Shown piece by piece: positions 24,015-37,394 of a DNA stretch of 64,000 nucleotides. The notes under the pieces were generated by a model that saw nothing but the letters and a program-made list of their open reading frames with translations, made no database searches and was not told the DNA's origin. The position numbers were made by a program, and so were the translations under genes. Origin of the DNA: Entomortierella parvispora E1425 (lineage: Eukaryota; Fungi; Mortierellomycota); NCBI GenBank assembly GCA_020891255.1, contig BQFW01000002.1, positions 1,674,001 through 1,738,000 of the forward strand, in the 5' to 3' direction. Positions within the stretch are counted from its first letter, which is position 1. The number at the start of each line of letters is the position of its first letter.

Positions 24015-25517
24015 ATGGGCTCATATTCACTGCCATCCACACTTGGAGCGCTGTCAGCGAGGAGCGACCCACAAACAAGATCGCGTCAGCAATTGCCTGG
24101 CAACACTCCTCACCACGATCATACTCTGCATCTGCACCCTTCAACTACAACAGAAAGCTCGAACACATCTACGACAAAGGAGAATGCTCGTGCACTCGAA
24201 ACACTAGCGGAACGTTTGAACGTGCTGGCCGCGGGGTCTCTATTTCTCCTCCCGTCTGTTCTACCATATTTGGCCTCTGCCCTTGCATCGCTCAACAGCC
24301 CAGACGAAGACCAAAGTGAGTTTTCCCGCACTGCCAACGAATGGCGGGCGCTGGTCACGCCCATGCTGCCCTGTCTCGGACTACTGCTCCCGATCGTGTC
24401 GGCCAAAGCCCATACCCGATGGCGGGCATCGCATGGAGAACATATCCAGAACTTCTACAGTAGTCCGCAGAATGCTCGCCGTCGGTGGCCCTGCCCCTTT
24501 CGTGTTGTTTGCAGTAGGAAATTTATCCTCCCCATGTCAACAACAACGGCAGAAGCACAGGAAAGATTGAAAGGACACGACGGCGCACTTGGCCGTGGTA
24601 CGAAGCCCGATCGTTGCACCAAGAGCAAAACCCACTCCAACAAAAAAGCCCGTACGCTCCTCCTGTCCAGTCTTGGTTTGTGGATGGTGTTGTTGGGCAT
24701 CTCCTCGCCCTTGGGCCTCAACAACGTTGTTGGTTTTTCGGTACAACCAGAAGGGTCTTTGTTACCTTCGTCATTGCCCTTCGCATTGCCTCGACAGGAC
24801 TGCGATCAGAGCCAAGAGAAGGAGGCCTTTGGACTCCCGACCGGCACCATGGATCTCACGTGGGAAGAGATTCAAGCCCTGGTGCAGGCTGCGGATGAGG
24901 ATTTGATTATGGACTCGCCGATGGAGGACGAGTTCGAGGACATCTCAGCACCCACCCACTCTTTGGACAGTAGCCCGGCTCTTAATGAGCAAGTGAGCGT
25001 AAAGTCCTTGGGTGATTGCTCCCAGTCTGTTGACTCCCCGGTACAAGAAAAGGATCAAGAACCAACAGAGAGAGGCAAGATACTCGAGTATGTGCCTCTT
25101 TGGACTGATCTCTGGACTTTTGCTCTTGCGTTGAGTCTTGGTGGCGCCTTGGTGGGACTGGGCCAGGTTCAACGTCAAGTCCGAGACGAAATCTTGTCCA
25201 TTGATCAACGGCTAGAGGAGGAGGAAGGCGAGGAAGCCCTTTTGGTCCACAAGAAAGCAATGTCGAATGACAACCGAGGATCCTATTGGACCTGCAGGCT
25301 TTTTGCTGTCATGGCCCTGGTTGTCCATATCTACATTGTTCAGATGAAAGACTGGGGCATGCCCATGGGGTCGTTCTTGCGTCTCGGGGCCATCGGCCTA
25401 TACTTTGGGTACAGTTGGATTCCGGAGAATTTACCGAAAGCGTCTCCCAGTGATGATAATGATAGTGCAGAGGAGCCCAAGGTGGATCTGCTCTCCGTAG
25501 CAGTGGCCATGGAGTGA
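24015..25517 (+). CDS. Hypothetical multi-pass membrane protein (single exon, 500 aa)
   Basis: 500-codon ORF with several hydrophobic segments and acidic loops. No recognised family. Confidence 0.68.
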   Translation: MGSYSLPSTLGALSARSDPQTRSRQQLPGNTPHHDHTLHLHPSTTTESSNTSTTKENARALETLAERLNVLAAGSLFLLPSVLPYLASALASLNSPDEDQSEFSRTANEWRALVTPMLPCLGLLLPIVSAKAHTRWRASHGEHIQNFYSSPQNARRRWPCPFRVVCSRKFILPMSTTTAEAQERLKGHDGALGRGTKPDRCTKSKTHSNKKARTLLLSSLGLWMVLLGISSPLGLNNVVGFSVQPEGSLLPSSLPFALPRQDCDQSQEKEAFGLPTGTMDLTWEEIQALVQAADEDLIMDSPMEDEFEDISAPTHSLDSSPALNEQVSVKSLGDCSQSVDSPVQEKDQEPTERGKILEYVPLWTDLWTFALALSLGGALVGLGQVQRQVRDEILSIDQRLEEEEGEEALLVHKKAMSNDNRGSYWTCRLFAVMALVVHIYIVQMKDWGMPMGSFLRLGAIGLYFGYSWIPENLPKASPSDDNDSAEEPKVDLLSVAVAME

Positions 25518-25911
25518 CCATGCCATAAATACATTGAATAATAATATTAATAATCCATGCATTTTACTCGCATAAATGCACGTGCACCCCTTGCCCTGAG
25601 TGGACGAAAAAAAAAAGTTTTTTTTTCCCAATAGAACAGGTCGACAGACAGGGCCATGCAACGCATGCCATGGCCTCCTTCTCGTCTCCTTCCTTCCTCC
25701 ACAACTCACCCCCATTGCACTTCGTCATTCCCCGTCCTTGCACTCTGCCTCCGTTTCCTCGCTCGCTTGCCTTTGTTCCTCTCTCACTTGCCCAGCCTCT
25801 CGTCTCTGACCCTTTTCCCCTTCATTCCTGCCAGTAACCTGCCCTGCCTCGTCTACCTCCAGACCCCACCTCTTCGCCTGCACCTCCTTCCTCCTAGCTC
25901 CCGTCACGGCC

Positions 25912-28014
25912 ATGGGACGTACCGTTGGGCGTGATCTCGACCGCGAGATGATGGCAAAGATTCATACGCTGTTTGATCGAATCCTGGACACTGTCAACAA
26001 GGAGAATGTAACCGTCGCTTCCTCTGCTGTTCATGATATGGATGTGGAAAGAAGTGCGTCCTCTTACCTTTTCTTTCTCTCTCCTTCTCTATGTCTTTCT
26101 TAGCCGAATTTTACCTTTGACTTTGAGCAGTTTGTCGACTGCTTCGATGAAGATGATCAGTTCATAAAGCGCGTCTTCCAGTTCCTGGTCAAGGAAACCG
26201 CACAGCGACATCGGACAGCGCACCCTCAAACTCAGCAACCGCTCCGCCGACCCTACACCATTCACCACAGCCCCGCCCACACTCGCGTAATCAGGTCCCT
26301 TGGCCCCGCGCCGGCATCTTACTTACCTGCAGACTCTCCCAGGATGCGTCGCCCGTATTCCGCAACAGTCTATCGTCACATTAACGATCCTGCAGAGATG
26401 GAACAGGAGCAGGAAGAAGAAGAGGAGGCGGCCGCACTTCAGCATGATCTGTCGGAGGATGAAGAGGTTGATTTGGACATGCAGCTAGATGCTGCGGCGG
26501 CGGCGGCATCCACGGCGCTGGCGTCCATGTCGTCCGTATCTGATCTTGTCCCGGGTGGCTCGTTGACCTCGTACTATTCCTCGGGAGCAGCGTTGAGATC
26601 CATGCTGGATGCTCGGGGAACAGGACCCTATAGTCGCAGCCGTCGGTCCAGGATGGCTCATCGGATGCTTTCGTATGATCTGTTGACCCTTGACCAAAAC
26701 CGTAGTCACTTGGAAAGCCTACTTAATCCACACCCCTTTGGATCAGCCCCATCGACAACCACTGGTTCTGGTTCTGCGTCCGGGACGAGGCGTACATCGG
26801 GACTCGTGCTCCGGAGAGCAACTACTCGGTCTATTTTGGATTCCATGGAGTCTGCTCCGGAAAGCTTTGCCCAACCAGCATCAGCGCCGCTGCCAAGTTC
26901 AGGAAGCACTTTCTACGGGATCCAGTCGCAGGAACCTTTGCATTTGCCTGGTCACGAATGGCGACAGCAAATGATCCGAAGCGTTTACGCCCAGCATTTA
27001 CAGGAACGAGAGCGTGCGCGTGCACGGACGTTACAAACCCTCAATGGTCAGACGGCAGGGTCGGCGACGGCCAATGGAGCGACCCCAGCAACAACTACTG
27101 CGCAAGATACCCCTGGACACCAGCAGCAACAGCAGCAGCCCGGTCAATCCACCCCAGCTGCATCAGCGACGCCACAGTCACTTCAGGCAGATCAGCAGTC
27201 GGATAGAAACGTCTTTACTCCTCACGAAAACGCACTCTTGCTTGTGGAGCCTTCAACGGCGGGAACGAATCCAGGAGATAGCTCGACTTCGGCTTCAGTG
27301 TCATCGCCGTCTAGTACGGCCCAGGCATCTGCAGCTGCTGCTCGCCCTTCATTATCATCCTATGAAGAGTTTCAAAACCTCACGCGGCGTGGAAGGGAGG
27401 TTTTGCGAAACGAGTATGCGAACGAATTATACATTGAAGAGGATTCACAAGTCCTTATGACAGGAGATGTTAGCAGGAGGAGACGCAGACGTGGGGGCCA
27501 GACCCTCAACCCAAACGACGGACAGGGTGATACTACTGCCCATGCTTATGACATTGCGGCCGATAACTCTAGTACGATTATCAGTCAATCTCAACAGCAG
27601 ACTACCGTTCCTTCAAGAGCCTCTCCTCGAGAAAGCACCGAAGTAGCTACTTCTACGACAGCCGCCAATGCTGCAGCAACGGGTGCAGCGACTACAGACA
27701 GGGAAACACCTTCGTCAGGAGGTGTTCATCAGGAGACTCAGCCTGAAGAGGCAGCTGGATTGAGTGTTCCTACTATTACTGTCCAAGGAACAGATGGTGC
27801 AGAATCTGGTGTCGAATCCAGCAGTAACAGTCATGATCGCAACAACGGCAGCAACCCCAATAGCAATCCTCGTCGACGCGTTGGTTTTCCACCAACACCT
27901 CCCTCCCCCAATCCCAACCGAAACCCAATGCCGACATTTACGGACCGTAGACGATCGTCCATCAATCCCGCGGACATTGAAGCCATTGCGCGAGAGATGG
28001 AACAACAGCGCTAG
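25912..28014 (+). CDS. Hypothetical protein, short helical N-terminus followed by a long low-complexity region
   Basis: Exon 1 (MGRTVGRDLDREMMAKIHTLFDRILDTVNKEN) splices via GTAACC...CAG to FVDCFDEDDQFIKRVFQFL, which stays open into ORF 26344-28014. Confidence 0.72.
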
Positions 28015-28403
28015 CAAGAATCCATAGCTATTATTGATCAAGCAGTATCCCAACACCATTTCCCTTACAACTTACCCCGCCCCTTTTCCTGCCACCTCCC
28101 TCCCACTACCCCACCACATTGTATTATCAAAGGAAAACCATTCATGTACACTACTAAAAATGAACATTTTTGGACAAACTATTATTCTTTCGGCGTTTTC
28201 AAAGCTCTTTCTTCCATGCAGATCAAACCAGCATTTTCATTCTGACTGCGGAGACATACAAGAGGGAAAAGAAGTCATGGTTCCTTTTTTTTTTTTTTGA
28301 AAGATACTTGTTTTTATTATTGTACAGGGTAGAGGTCAGCTGCCACACAAAAGCTTGGGCTTATGACATAATGAGAATAGGGGGGGAATGAGATGCCTGC
28401 TAT

Positions 28404-29715
<1,312 letters not shown>

Positions 29716-30918
29716 TGTGATTTGTGTTGTAAAGGTGGAGGTGTGGGTGGAGAGGAGAGTGGAGGGAAGAGTGAAGAACAATGGAAGAGAAGAAGGGAGA
29801 AAGAAGGGTGAGAAAAAAAGAAATTCTTTATATATATGAAAACCATTAACGGGCTTATTAGAGGAAACGGCAAATCGTAAAAGCGTTTCTGCACCCCACA
29901 CAATGCAACCACGAGGCTAAGCCTTACCTTGTAACCTTCGGCGAAAAGATCCCTGCGAGGTCCGGACCCCATTGCGCACTCCCTACGCCCTCTTCAGACC
30001 ACACAAGAGCTGCTCCTGCTTCTGGTCATCCCAGGGATGCATGCTTGGGTGAAGGGTGTTCTCCAAAGTCCGTGTCTGGTCGCGCCATTTGATATGAGTG
30101 CCCCCACTCCATCTGCGATCCAACATTGTCAACCTCGGACATTTTGGACAGGGCAACAGGCCCGATTTCGGACCTCGTCTCCGCCTCTGCACGTCGCCAA
30201 CCTTTTTAGTCCCAGTGTTTGATTTTTTTTCCTCGCTCTCTTTTTTCTCTCTTGTGCCCCAGCTTCAACCTCCTCCCCCCCCTTCCCCTCTCGATTTCCT
30301 TCGTCATCCTTCGATTTCGGACGATGAGAGCCCAAGACCCGCTCGAGCAATGCCCTTAACATTTCCATTGTCCAATTCAGCCAGTAGCGTGCCTGTGTCG
30401 CCTCAACTCTAATTTGCTGGGCGCAGTTTCGAATCTGTTCCTCTTAGCCGTGATCCGTGGTTGGATTGGTGGGGTTGCAAGACCTGTCGAATGGTCAATT
30501 ACCCTCGCACAAGCACAAAATCCGGTGTGTTAATGGACCCGATCCAGGGGGAGAAAAGGGGGAAGCAAATAGGCGGGACGGAGAAAGCTCATCGGCCTTC
30601 CCCACGAGTTTCCTATGAGGGATCGACGAATGACAGCACCAAACCTTTTTTTTTTTCTCTTTTTTGGCGAGCAGTTCGCCCATTCCTAGGGAACATGGGC
30701 TGGGATTGGACACGTTGTGAGAAAGGCGAGCTTTACGACAGCTGAAACTGTTATTGCAACGCTACCATTGCACATCATCTCACTCTACGTTGGTCTCGTT
30801 TATTTTTTGGTTGCGACAATAACCCACAAGTGGTACATTCTTATTGTCTATGGTTCCTTCAGAGCCTGGTACAACGCTTCAACAAATACATTCATTAAAT
30901 CGTCAGCCTGGCCTTTGT

Positions 30919-31799
30919 TCAGTCCACCGTACTGTACTCGACCCACATGCTGGTAAACGTGCTGCGGTAGACGAAAGAAAGCATGTCCACGGTGCGTGTG
31001 GCAGTATCCAGAGTCAGTCGGCCTACTCGATAGTCAGAAGCACCCAGATCTTCAATGTCTTGCAGCTCCATCACGTCCATGGTCCGGTCAGCGTCGCTAA
31101 AGGCACTCGCGACCTCAATGCGGTTGCGGCTGTAAACGGAGCTATTGCAGTATTTTTGCATCCAAGTCAGCGTTGTAGCGCACCGCGCTCTGTGACAATC
31201 TCATGGATGCATTGGAAATCATCCGGGAAGCACGAGTTCATTCCGGACTCGCCATCGGGAACGCCTGGGAAAGACAAGACCAGCTAGCCTCCTCGCCGAA
31301 GTTCACTATGGCGCGAAGATGCATATGAGGTAAAGACCTGCTGGGCCAAGCTTGCGATGATTGGCTAAGGGGGACTATCTGTGGTCTACCAGGACATATT
31401 ACTGAGTCAATGCAAAGTTGCATTAGAGTATACCAAGTCAAGGGTTCCGAGCTCCACCAAAAGGCAAGCACGTGCTCTTTCCCAGAGTGTGCAAGTCGGG
31501 CAAAAGTCGGCAACCATTTAGAGCTGGATATCAAGGCAAGCACCTTCTCGAAATCATTGTCAGGCAAGTCATTGAATGTAAAGGATACCGTAGCAGAGTT
31601 CGCGGTCCGCGACAGCTTGACAAATACCGTGAGCAAAATCAACAGAGTTGACGCCGTGGCTGCACGCGTTCTCTAGGACGCGAACCCAATGGTCGGACGA
31701 GAGTGAAGGCAGGCTTTGAGCGGTCTGGATGAGATACTTGAGCAGGTTGGCGACGACTTCAGGTTGGATTGTAGCCTTGCAGTTGTAGCCTTTGGCCAT
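30919..31799 (-). pseudogene. Possible decayed coding remnant (protein-like fragments in several frames)
   Basis: Successive short protein-like ORFs (31569-31799, 31238-31642, 30919-31161) in different frames, with no clean splice path found. Family not recognised. Confidence 0.3.
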
Positions 31800-32198
31800 T
31801 GTTTGTAGTGCTGGCTCGTGCTAGTCAACATATAACTGTCACGTTGTACATCCTCATTCTCCCGAGGATACTACGATCCAGCTAGAGACGCGAAGGCCGT
31901 CTGCCCTGTGTGTCACCAATATTCTGGTGGACCTACTTTTCTTTTCTTTTCTTTTTTCTTTTTTTTTTTTTTTTGTTTGTTTGTTGTTGACGCTATGTTA
32001 TGTCATTAAACCACTCGAATCCGGCTACAATCAAGGAGTGGAGGAGAATAAGAGACGGACTAGCCTAAGAGTAGGGGAGGATCAAGGGACAGAAAGGATC
32101 AAAGATCAGAGACGCATGAAAGACCGTACCCATAAATACAATGCAACGAGGACGATGCAAGCCTCCAGTACAACATCATCACCTTTCTTTTCTCCACA

Positions 32199-33377
32199 AT
32201 GATCTCAAGTAAGATTTTCTCCATGTTCCCCGAGCTGATCTGTTGAGAGTTCCGAGTTGCCTGTTTTAAGATATTAATCGTCTCTATAGTTCGCAATGCC
32301 ACCAGTCGATGGTTAACATCCATCCCTGTCTTCCACACAAAGGAAAAGACAGACTCTCCAGAAATCCTTGATATCAGTCAGGGCGATGAGCTCGACGATC
32401 TCGACGGGCTCAAAAACAGGATCGTAGAAGGTCTCTTTCAAGCAAGCCCTGGAAAGCGCCAGATCCCTATCGAGGTCATGTACCAAGGAGACGGTGCTGA
32501 TCTCTATGCCACGGCGGCGTCAAGTCCCGGATACTATCTGCATCAGGCAGAGCGTCAGATAATCAAAACACATGCCAAGGAGATTGCCTCCTACATTGCC
32601 GATCGGACCGACATTATTGAGCTCGGTGCGGGTTCGCTCGAGAAGACCCAAGTGCTCCTCCAAGCTGTTGCGCAAGCGCCTCAGATTGTCAGTGGTATTG
32701 ACTATTACGCACTTGACATTAATCGCGAGGCATTGGTCGAATCCTTGGCTTCATTGTCGCCCTTGCAAGGAATCAAGTACCGCGGACTGTTTGGGACTTA
32801 TAACAACGGGTTGCATCACATTGCCAGCTTGCGACTGCGGAGGGATGTCAAGAGTGTCCCACGGGTGTTCATGTGGCTGGGGTCAGGGATCGAAAACATG
32901 CCCCCCGAGACCGCTGTCGAAATGGTAAAATCTATCACCAACGTCATGGTGGACGGCGATATGATGCTTGTTGGTATGGATGGATGGGCCTCTTCAGACG
33001 CGTCCATTGACGGCGCGTATGAGTGCTTGGAAAAACTTGTGCTGAACACTTTGAAGAACGTCAACGAGATTTTGGGAGAGTCTATGTTCGACAAGAGCAA
33101 GTTTGTCTACTCTACTCAGGTCAATCGTTTGGGCGGCCGCAACGAGTGTTGTAGTATGGCATCCGAGGCCATCGATCTGAATTGTGGCGGTAAATCTGTC
33201 CGAATGGAGCAAGGGGAGAGGATCCTTGTGGTGCCAAGCTACAAGTACACGGACAACCAAGTGACTGACACGGTAAAATCTACAGGATGTCTCGAGGCCG
33301 TCCAGCGCTTTGGGACGCCCAGCGATGCTGATGTCCAATACGGTGTATGGCTATGGCGCAAGGTCACCCATCAGTGA
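32199..33377 (+). CDS. Stand-alone EgtD-like (Methyltransf_33/DUF2260) SAM-dependent methyltransferase, divergent
   Basis: Inferred first exon ATGATCTCAA (32199-32208), intron GTAAG...TATAG, then an open frame from 32290. It contains PGYYLHQAE, IIELGAGSLEKT, YYALDIN, WLGSGIENM, LVGMDG and PSYKYT. No fused EgtB/FGE domain. Confidence 0.85.
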
Positions 33378-33772
33378 AAGAAGAGCACGTTCGGGGGGAG
33401 GTTGAAAGGTAGATGTCGACGTATCGTATGTACATCGCAGTAAACGGCCAAAGAAAACGATCCTTCTGCGGTCGCTTGTAAATTATCCTCCATCAAGTGT
33501 CCAAGTCCACTCCATACAGACTATCGACGAGCATTCAAGGGCAACAGATTAATCGACCGTCAATTGAATGACGAACTGCCTATTTCCCAAGGGGTTTATC
33601 TTTCACGCACTTCAAAAGTTTCAAGCAACCCGCCTGTCCAAGAATCCATTTTGCTGATAACAATGCAATTTTATCAAATATCTATATTATTTTCTTCACT
33701 TTGACCTCTGTCTGATCACTCAGTCCCAGGTTCGATCTACCATGAGCGATCTTCCCTTTTTCCAGTTCTGTT

Positions 33773-34613
33773 TTACAGACGACGGGCCTTGGGGGGCCTG
33801 CATCCGTTAAAGGGAATGGGGGTGGTATCCGATATCCTCTTGATGTCCCAGTTGGTCTTTGCGCGGATAGCCTTGAAAGCCGAATCTCTTCCAGGTCCGA
33901 ATCCCTTCATCAACACATGCAAGGTCTGGATCTGCACATTCTTCTCCTCGACCTTCTCAATCATCTTGATCATAGCCTGGTAACCAGCCTCAGGTCCCGA
34001 ACGAGCCGACTTTTTGAATCCAGCCGATCCAGCGGATTGAGTTGTGATGGGGTCACCCGCAGAGTCCGTCAAGGTCAAGATGGTGTTGTTCATGGAGGCA
34101 TGGATGTGCAAGTTGTGTGTCGTCGTCTGGGGTTCGCTCAAGAAGGAAGAGCGTCCGCTGTTGTCACGGAACGACTTTGGGTTCAAGAAGCTGGTGAAGG
34201 TCGAGGAACGGGCCGTGCCGGATTGTTGCTGACGGTCCTGGGCTTTGTTCAAGGTCTCCAAGATCTTGTCCTCGCTCGAGACAGAGGTGGCGTTCTTCTT
34301 GTTCAAAAGTCCCTCAAAGATGGATCCCTTCTTTGTTTCCGTTGCCTTTGATGGTGATGATGATGACTCCTCTGATCCGGTTGTGTTGTTGATGCCAGTC
34401 GAGTAAGTTCTATGGATATATCATGTTTGAAAAGATGAAAATTCGAGGTTAGTGGGTCGGAACTAACTAAACACTTCCGGAGGCGGTGTTCCTTGTGCGT
34501 TTGTATATAAGGTCCGAGTTGAAAGGCAATTGCGTAAAAAGCATTTACCTGATGCTGCTGACACGGGTAGCAGAGGCGACCCTGAGGGCCTGGCGGGGGA
34601 TTGCTGACAGCAT
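33773..34613 (-). CDS. MRPS11: Mitochondrial small ribosomal subunit protein uS11m
   Basis: Presequence-like MLSAIPRQALRVASATR. Core HIHASMNNTILTLTD, SAGSAGFKKSAR, KGFGPGR, ISDTTPIPFNGCRPPKARRL. Confidence 0.93.
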
Positions 34614-34955
34614 GGCGTGTGATGAGGTTATGGGTCCTGTCCTGTGTTGGTGAGTGGGGACAAAAGCAAAGAAGACGGGTGAGTGGGTGAGTGAGTGAGC
34701 AAGAGGTAGTCAGAGACAGAGACTGAATAAAGAGAGTGAAGAGAGAGAGAGATAGACAGAATGGTACCGTACAATGCGATGCAATGCCGAGAAGGAAGAA
34801 GAAGAAGAAGAAGAATGAATGAATGAACAAAGACAATGTCGCCTGGAGGTTGAATGCAGCCAATGTGAGGGGTGTGCCAGGAACACAGTGCTGGGCGAAT
34901 AAACAAACGGGACGGTCTTTTTCCCGGAAGAAGCGGTGATCGCACGCCCTGCGTG

Positions 34956-34965
34956 GTCACATGAC
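34956..34965. promoter_or_regulatory. E-box-like element GTCACATGAC in the ~520-bp divergent promoter of uS11m and the aminopeptidase
   Basis: The motif is read directly; any function is inferred only from similarity to bHLH-zip sites. Confidence 0.2.
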
Positions 34966-35130
34966 GCGAAGCGATGTTCCCACGAAGCACAAGGTGACAC
35001 AACAAAAGAGGACCGTCCAAGTAGGGCGGAGTATGAGTTGTGAGAGTGGCTGAAGAGTCGCCCTTTATTGCTTGTCGGTCTTGTTCCTTCTCTTCTTCTT
35101 CTTCTTCATTCCATCCCCATTCCCTCCGCC

Positions 35131-37157
35131 ATGACCCTTGCCCTCCCCGCCATCGTCTCGGCCTCGGCTGCTGACTTGCACTCGCACCAGAAGTTTGACG
35201 CCGTCATTGCCGTCTACCCTACCGTCTGCGAGGACCTTCTCTCGACCTTCAAGTCTATTGCCACCTACTCGGCCGTGGACAAGAGCTTCGGCTCCAGCTT
35301 GGCCCTGATTCCCGACCAGACCGTTGCCGGTGGTCGTTTGATCTTGGCCCCCACCGGTTCGCTCCAGGGCGATTCGGATGATGTCCGCAAGTTCCAGGAG
35401 GTCACCAAGGCTGCCATGAAGAAAGCCATGGCTGCTGGCTCTGTCTCTCCCCTTTTCTACTTCCCCAACTCGGTCGCAAAGTCAATCAAGGGACACGAGA
35501 GCGAGGACGACTACTCTCACTTTGTCGAGGTCTCTGTCTTGGGTGCCCTTGCTGCCACCTTTGACCCCATCGATGTCCGTGAGCACTACGAGAAGGTTGG
35601 TCAGGACAACTACAAGGTCAAGACCATCGGTATTTTGGCCCTCGGTGCCGAGCTCACCAAGGAGCGTCTTGCCTTTGTCAATGCTGTCGAGATTGGTCGC
35701 CGTGTCGCCAAGGGTAAGTTTGACGTTGACGCTTGCTCATTGTTCTGTTTCCTCCGAGCCAGAGTAGGAATTGACTTTTTCAATATCTCTTCAATATAGA
35801 TCTCGGAAGCCCCAACTGCGAGCGTATGACCCCCATCAAGTTTGCCGAGTACGTCGCGGCTTACTTCAAGACCCAGCCTACCATCAAGGTTTCCGTCGTT
35901 GAGGATGTCGACTACATGGAGAAGGAGTACCCTTTGCTTCACGCTGTTGCTCGCTGCTCCTTGTCTGGTAAATTGCGGCAATCATGCAGCAGGAAAAGGT
36001 TCGAGCTTGCATCCTTAGACTGATCCCCCCTTTCTTTTCTTCTTTTGTGCTCAGTCCCCAGACATTTGCCTCGTGTTGTCAAGTTGGAGTACAAGTCCGC
36101 TGAGCCATCCAAGGTCAAGGAGAGGTAAAGAAGCAATTGTAAAAGAGTATCTGCTTGATGATGGTGCAAAGGAAGAAAAGGTTGCTGAGCTATTTTTTTG
36201 TTCTGTTTCTTTTTTTTTTCTTTTCTTTTCTTCTTTTCTGTAGCTTGTACTTTGTTGGAAAGGGAGTTACCTACGACACTGGCGGAGCTGATATCAAGGC
36301 CGGTGGTGTGATGAGAGGCATGTCTCGCGACAAGTGCGGTGCCGCCTCTGTTGCTGGATTCATGGCCACTGTTGCGGAGCTCCAGCCCAAGCATGTTAAT
36401 GTGACCGCCATCCTCAGTTTGGTTCGCAACTCTGTTGGTTCCAACGCCTATGTCAGTGACGAGGTCATTTACTCGCGTGCTGGTCTTCGCGTCTTGGTCG
36501 GCAACACCGATGCTGAGGGTCGCATGGTCATGACTGATCCCCTCTGCGAGTGCAAGGAGATGATCTTGGCTGAGCGCAAGGCCGGAACCTTCATTCCTTC
36601 GCGTTTGTTCACTGTCGCTACCTTGACTGGTAAGTAAGAGGGCCCAATGGCTCTTACATTATGGTTTTATATAGTCTCTTCGAAAGATCAAATTGATTAA
36701 CCTGCCATGTCGTCTTTATTCATATAACTTTAAAGGTCACGCCATCCGTGCCTACGGTCCTTATGGTATCTGCCTTGACAACGGCCCTGCCCGCAAGGCC
36801 AATGTCAGCACCCGTATCCAGACTGGTGGACACATTTTGGGCGACCCCTTCGAGATCTCGACCTTGCGTCGTGAGGATTACGAGAGCGTTGCTCCCGGAT
36901 CGGCTGCCGAGGATGTTGTCCAGGCTAACGACAAGGCCTCCACCATGACTGCTCGCGGTCATCAGTATCCCATGGCGTTCATGTGCTTGGCCTCTGGCTT
37001 GAGCAACTTTGGTTTGGAGAAGGAGAAGAAGGAGCAGATTGCTTACACTCACGTCGACGTTGCTGGATCTGCCGAGGAGCTCCACGGCACCGGATACAGT
37101 TTGCCCGAGGTCACCGGCAACCCCGTCCCTGCCTTTGCCGCCACCTTCTTGATCTAA
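35131..37157 (+). CDS. Leucyl aminopeptidase, peptidase family M17
   Basis: Multi-exon. Metal-binding segments FVGKGVTYDTGG, MSRDKCGAASVAG, RNSVG, NTDAEGR, VATLTG, HVDVAG. Confidence 0.93.
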
Positions 37158-37394
37158 ACACTATCAACTACCCATTATCACACTCCCCCCACCTTTTTTC
37201 CTTCATTGAAATGTGCATTATTAAAATTAAAAACATCGATACAGCATCCATTCATAATCAAAAATCAATTCTTTTGTTTACAATCTATAGTGGATATTTG
37301 ATGAAAGCTCAACTCTACTCTGAAGCACTTTCTGGTATATGATGAAGTAAAAAGATTCTCGCTGCTGGCAAAACGTCCTCCAAGAGGGATATTT

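Noticed and set aside
33725-33745. GGTTCGATC T-loop-like motif (similar ones near 42245 and 53055)
   Set aside because: No acceptor stem, D arm or anticodon arm could be folded; not a tRNA.
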